Shown here in pieces: positions 63,894 through 64,000 of a DNA stretch of 64,000 nucleotides. Both the position numbers and the translations under genes were made by a program. The notes under the pieces were generated by a model. That model was given only the letters and a program-made list of their open reading frames with translations. It was not told where the DNA came from and ran no database searches. Source of the DNA: an uncultured bacterium (GTDB lineage Bacteria > Patescibacteriota > Minisyncoccia > Moranbacterales > UBA2206). How positions within the stretch are numbered: position 1 is the stretch's first letter; the number at the start of each line of letters is the position of its first letter. Location: contig CAIZXS010000012.1 of assembly GCA_903937035.1 (NCBI GenBank), positions 18,314 to 82,313 on the forward strand. The letters are read 5' to 3'.

Positions 63894-64000
63894 AGCCAGG
63901 GCGTTGACATTTGTGCTTGCTTATAATACATTAACCCAAAGTAGCTTGAAGCTACTTTTTTGTACCTAAGATATTAAATATTCCATTTAATGATAATTTT

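Overview
This is an AT-rich bacterial window with a compact, monoderm-style gene set (type IV pilus genes without a secretin, a giant surface protein, short UvrC, two UvrA paralogs). This suggests, but does not prove, a Patescibacteria/CPR-like genome.

- Recognisable content:
  - DNA repair/SOS: an SOS/NER neighbourhood of lexA, two tandem paralogous small ORFs, uvrA, a short uvrC and a second full-length uvrA; recG lies elsewhere in the window.
  - Giant surface protein: a 12.8-kb gene encoding a ~4270-aa membrane-anchored protein with LamG/ConA-like domains, beta-helix repeats, long arrays of 15-aa (45-bp) tandem repeats, a coiled coil and four C-terminal SH3b domains.
  - Pilus/competence: an operon-like histidine kinase + CheY-like receiver followed by a complete monoderm type IV pilus/competence pilus cluster (PilB, PilC, two prepilins, PilX-like, PilM/N/O), plus ComFC further downstream.
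  - Other proteins: groEL (no groES) preceded by a CIRCE operator, tsaD, tgt, Hsp20, VanW-like, DedA, GT4 glycosyltransferase, U32 peptidase and Nudix.
  - tRNAs: nine genes (Arg x3, His, Lys, Glu, Ser x2, Pro).
- The most unusual non-genic signals:
  - A family of GTCAT(T/C)CC...GG(G/A)ATGAC palindromic MITE-like elements at several intergenic sites.
  - A ~155-nt multi-hairpin repeat present twice, with compensatory substitutions (candidate structured RNA).
  - ~135-bp direct repeats bracketing a two-gene cassette (PrsW-like membrane protease + beta-lactamase-like).
  - A tRNA-Glu gene nested between partial copies of itself and a CCCCACACCAA inverted repeat; the same motif plus 3'-end duplication recurs at a tRNA-Arg.
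  - A GC-rich ~400-bp non-coding segment after tgt.
  - A long anti-Shine-Dalgarno hairpin plus candidate operator in the lexA leader.

All calls are from reading the sequence; no database searches were run.
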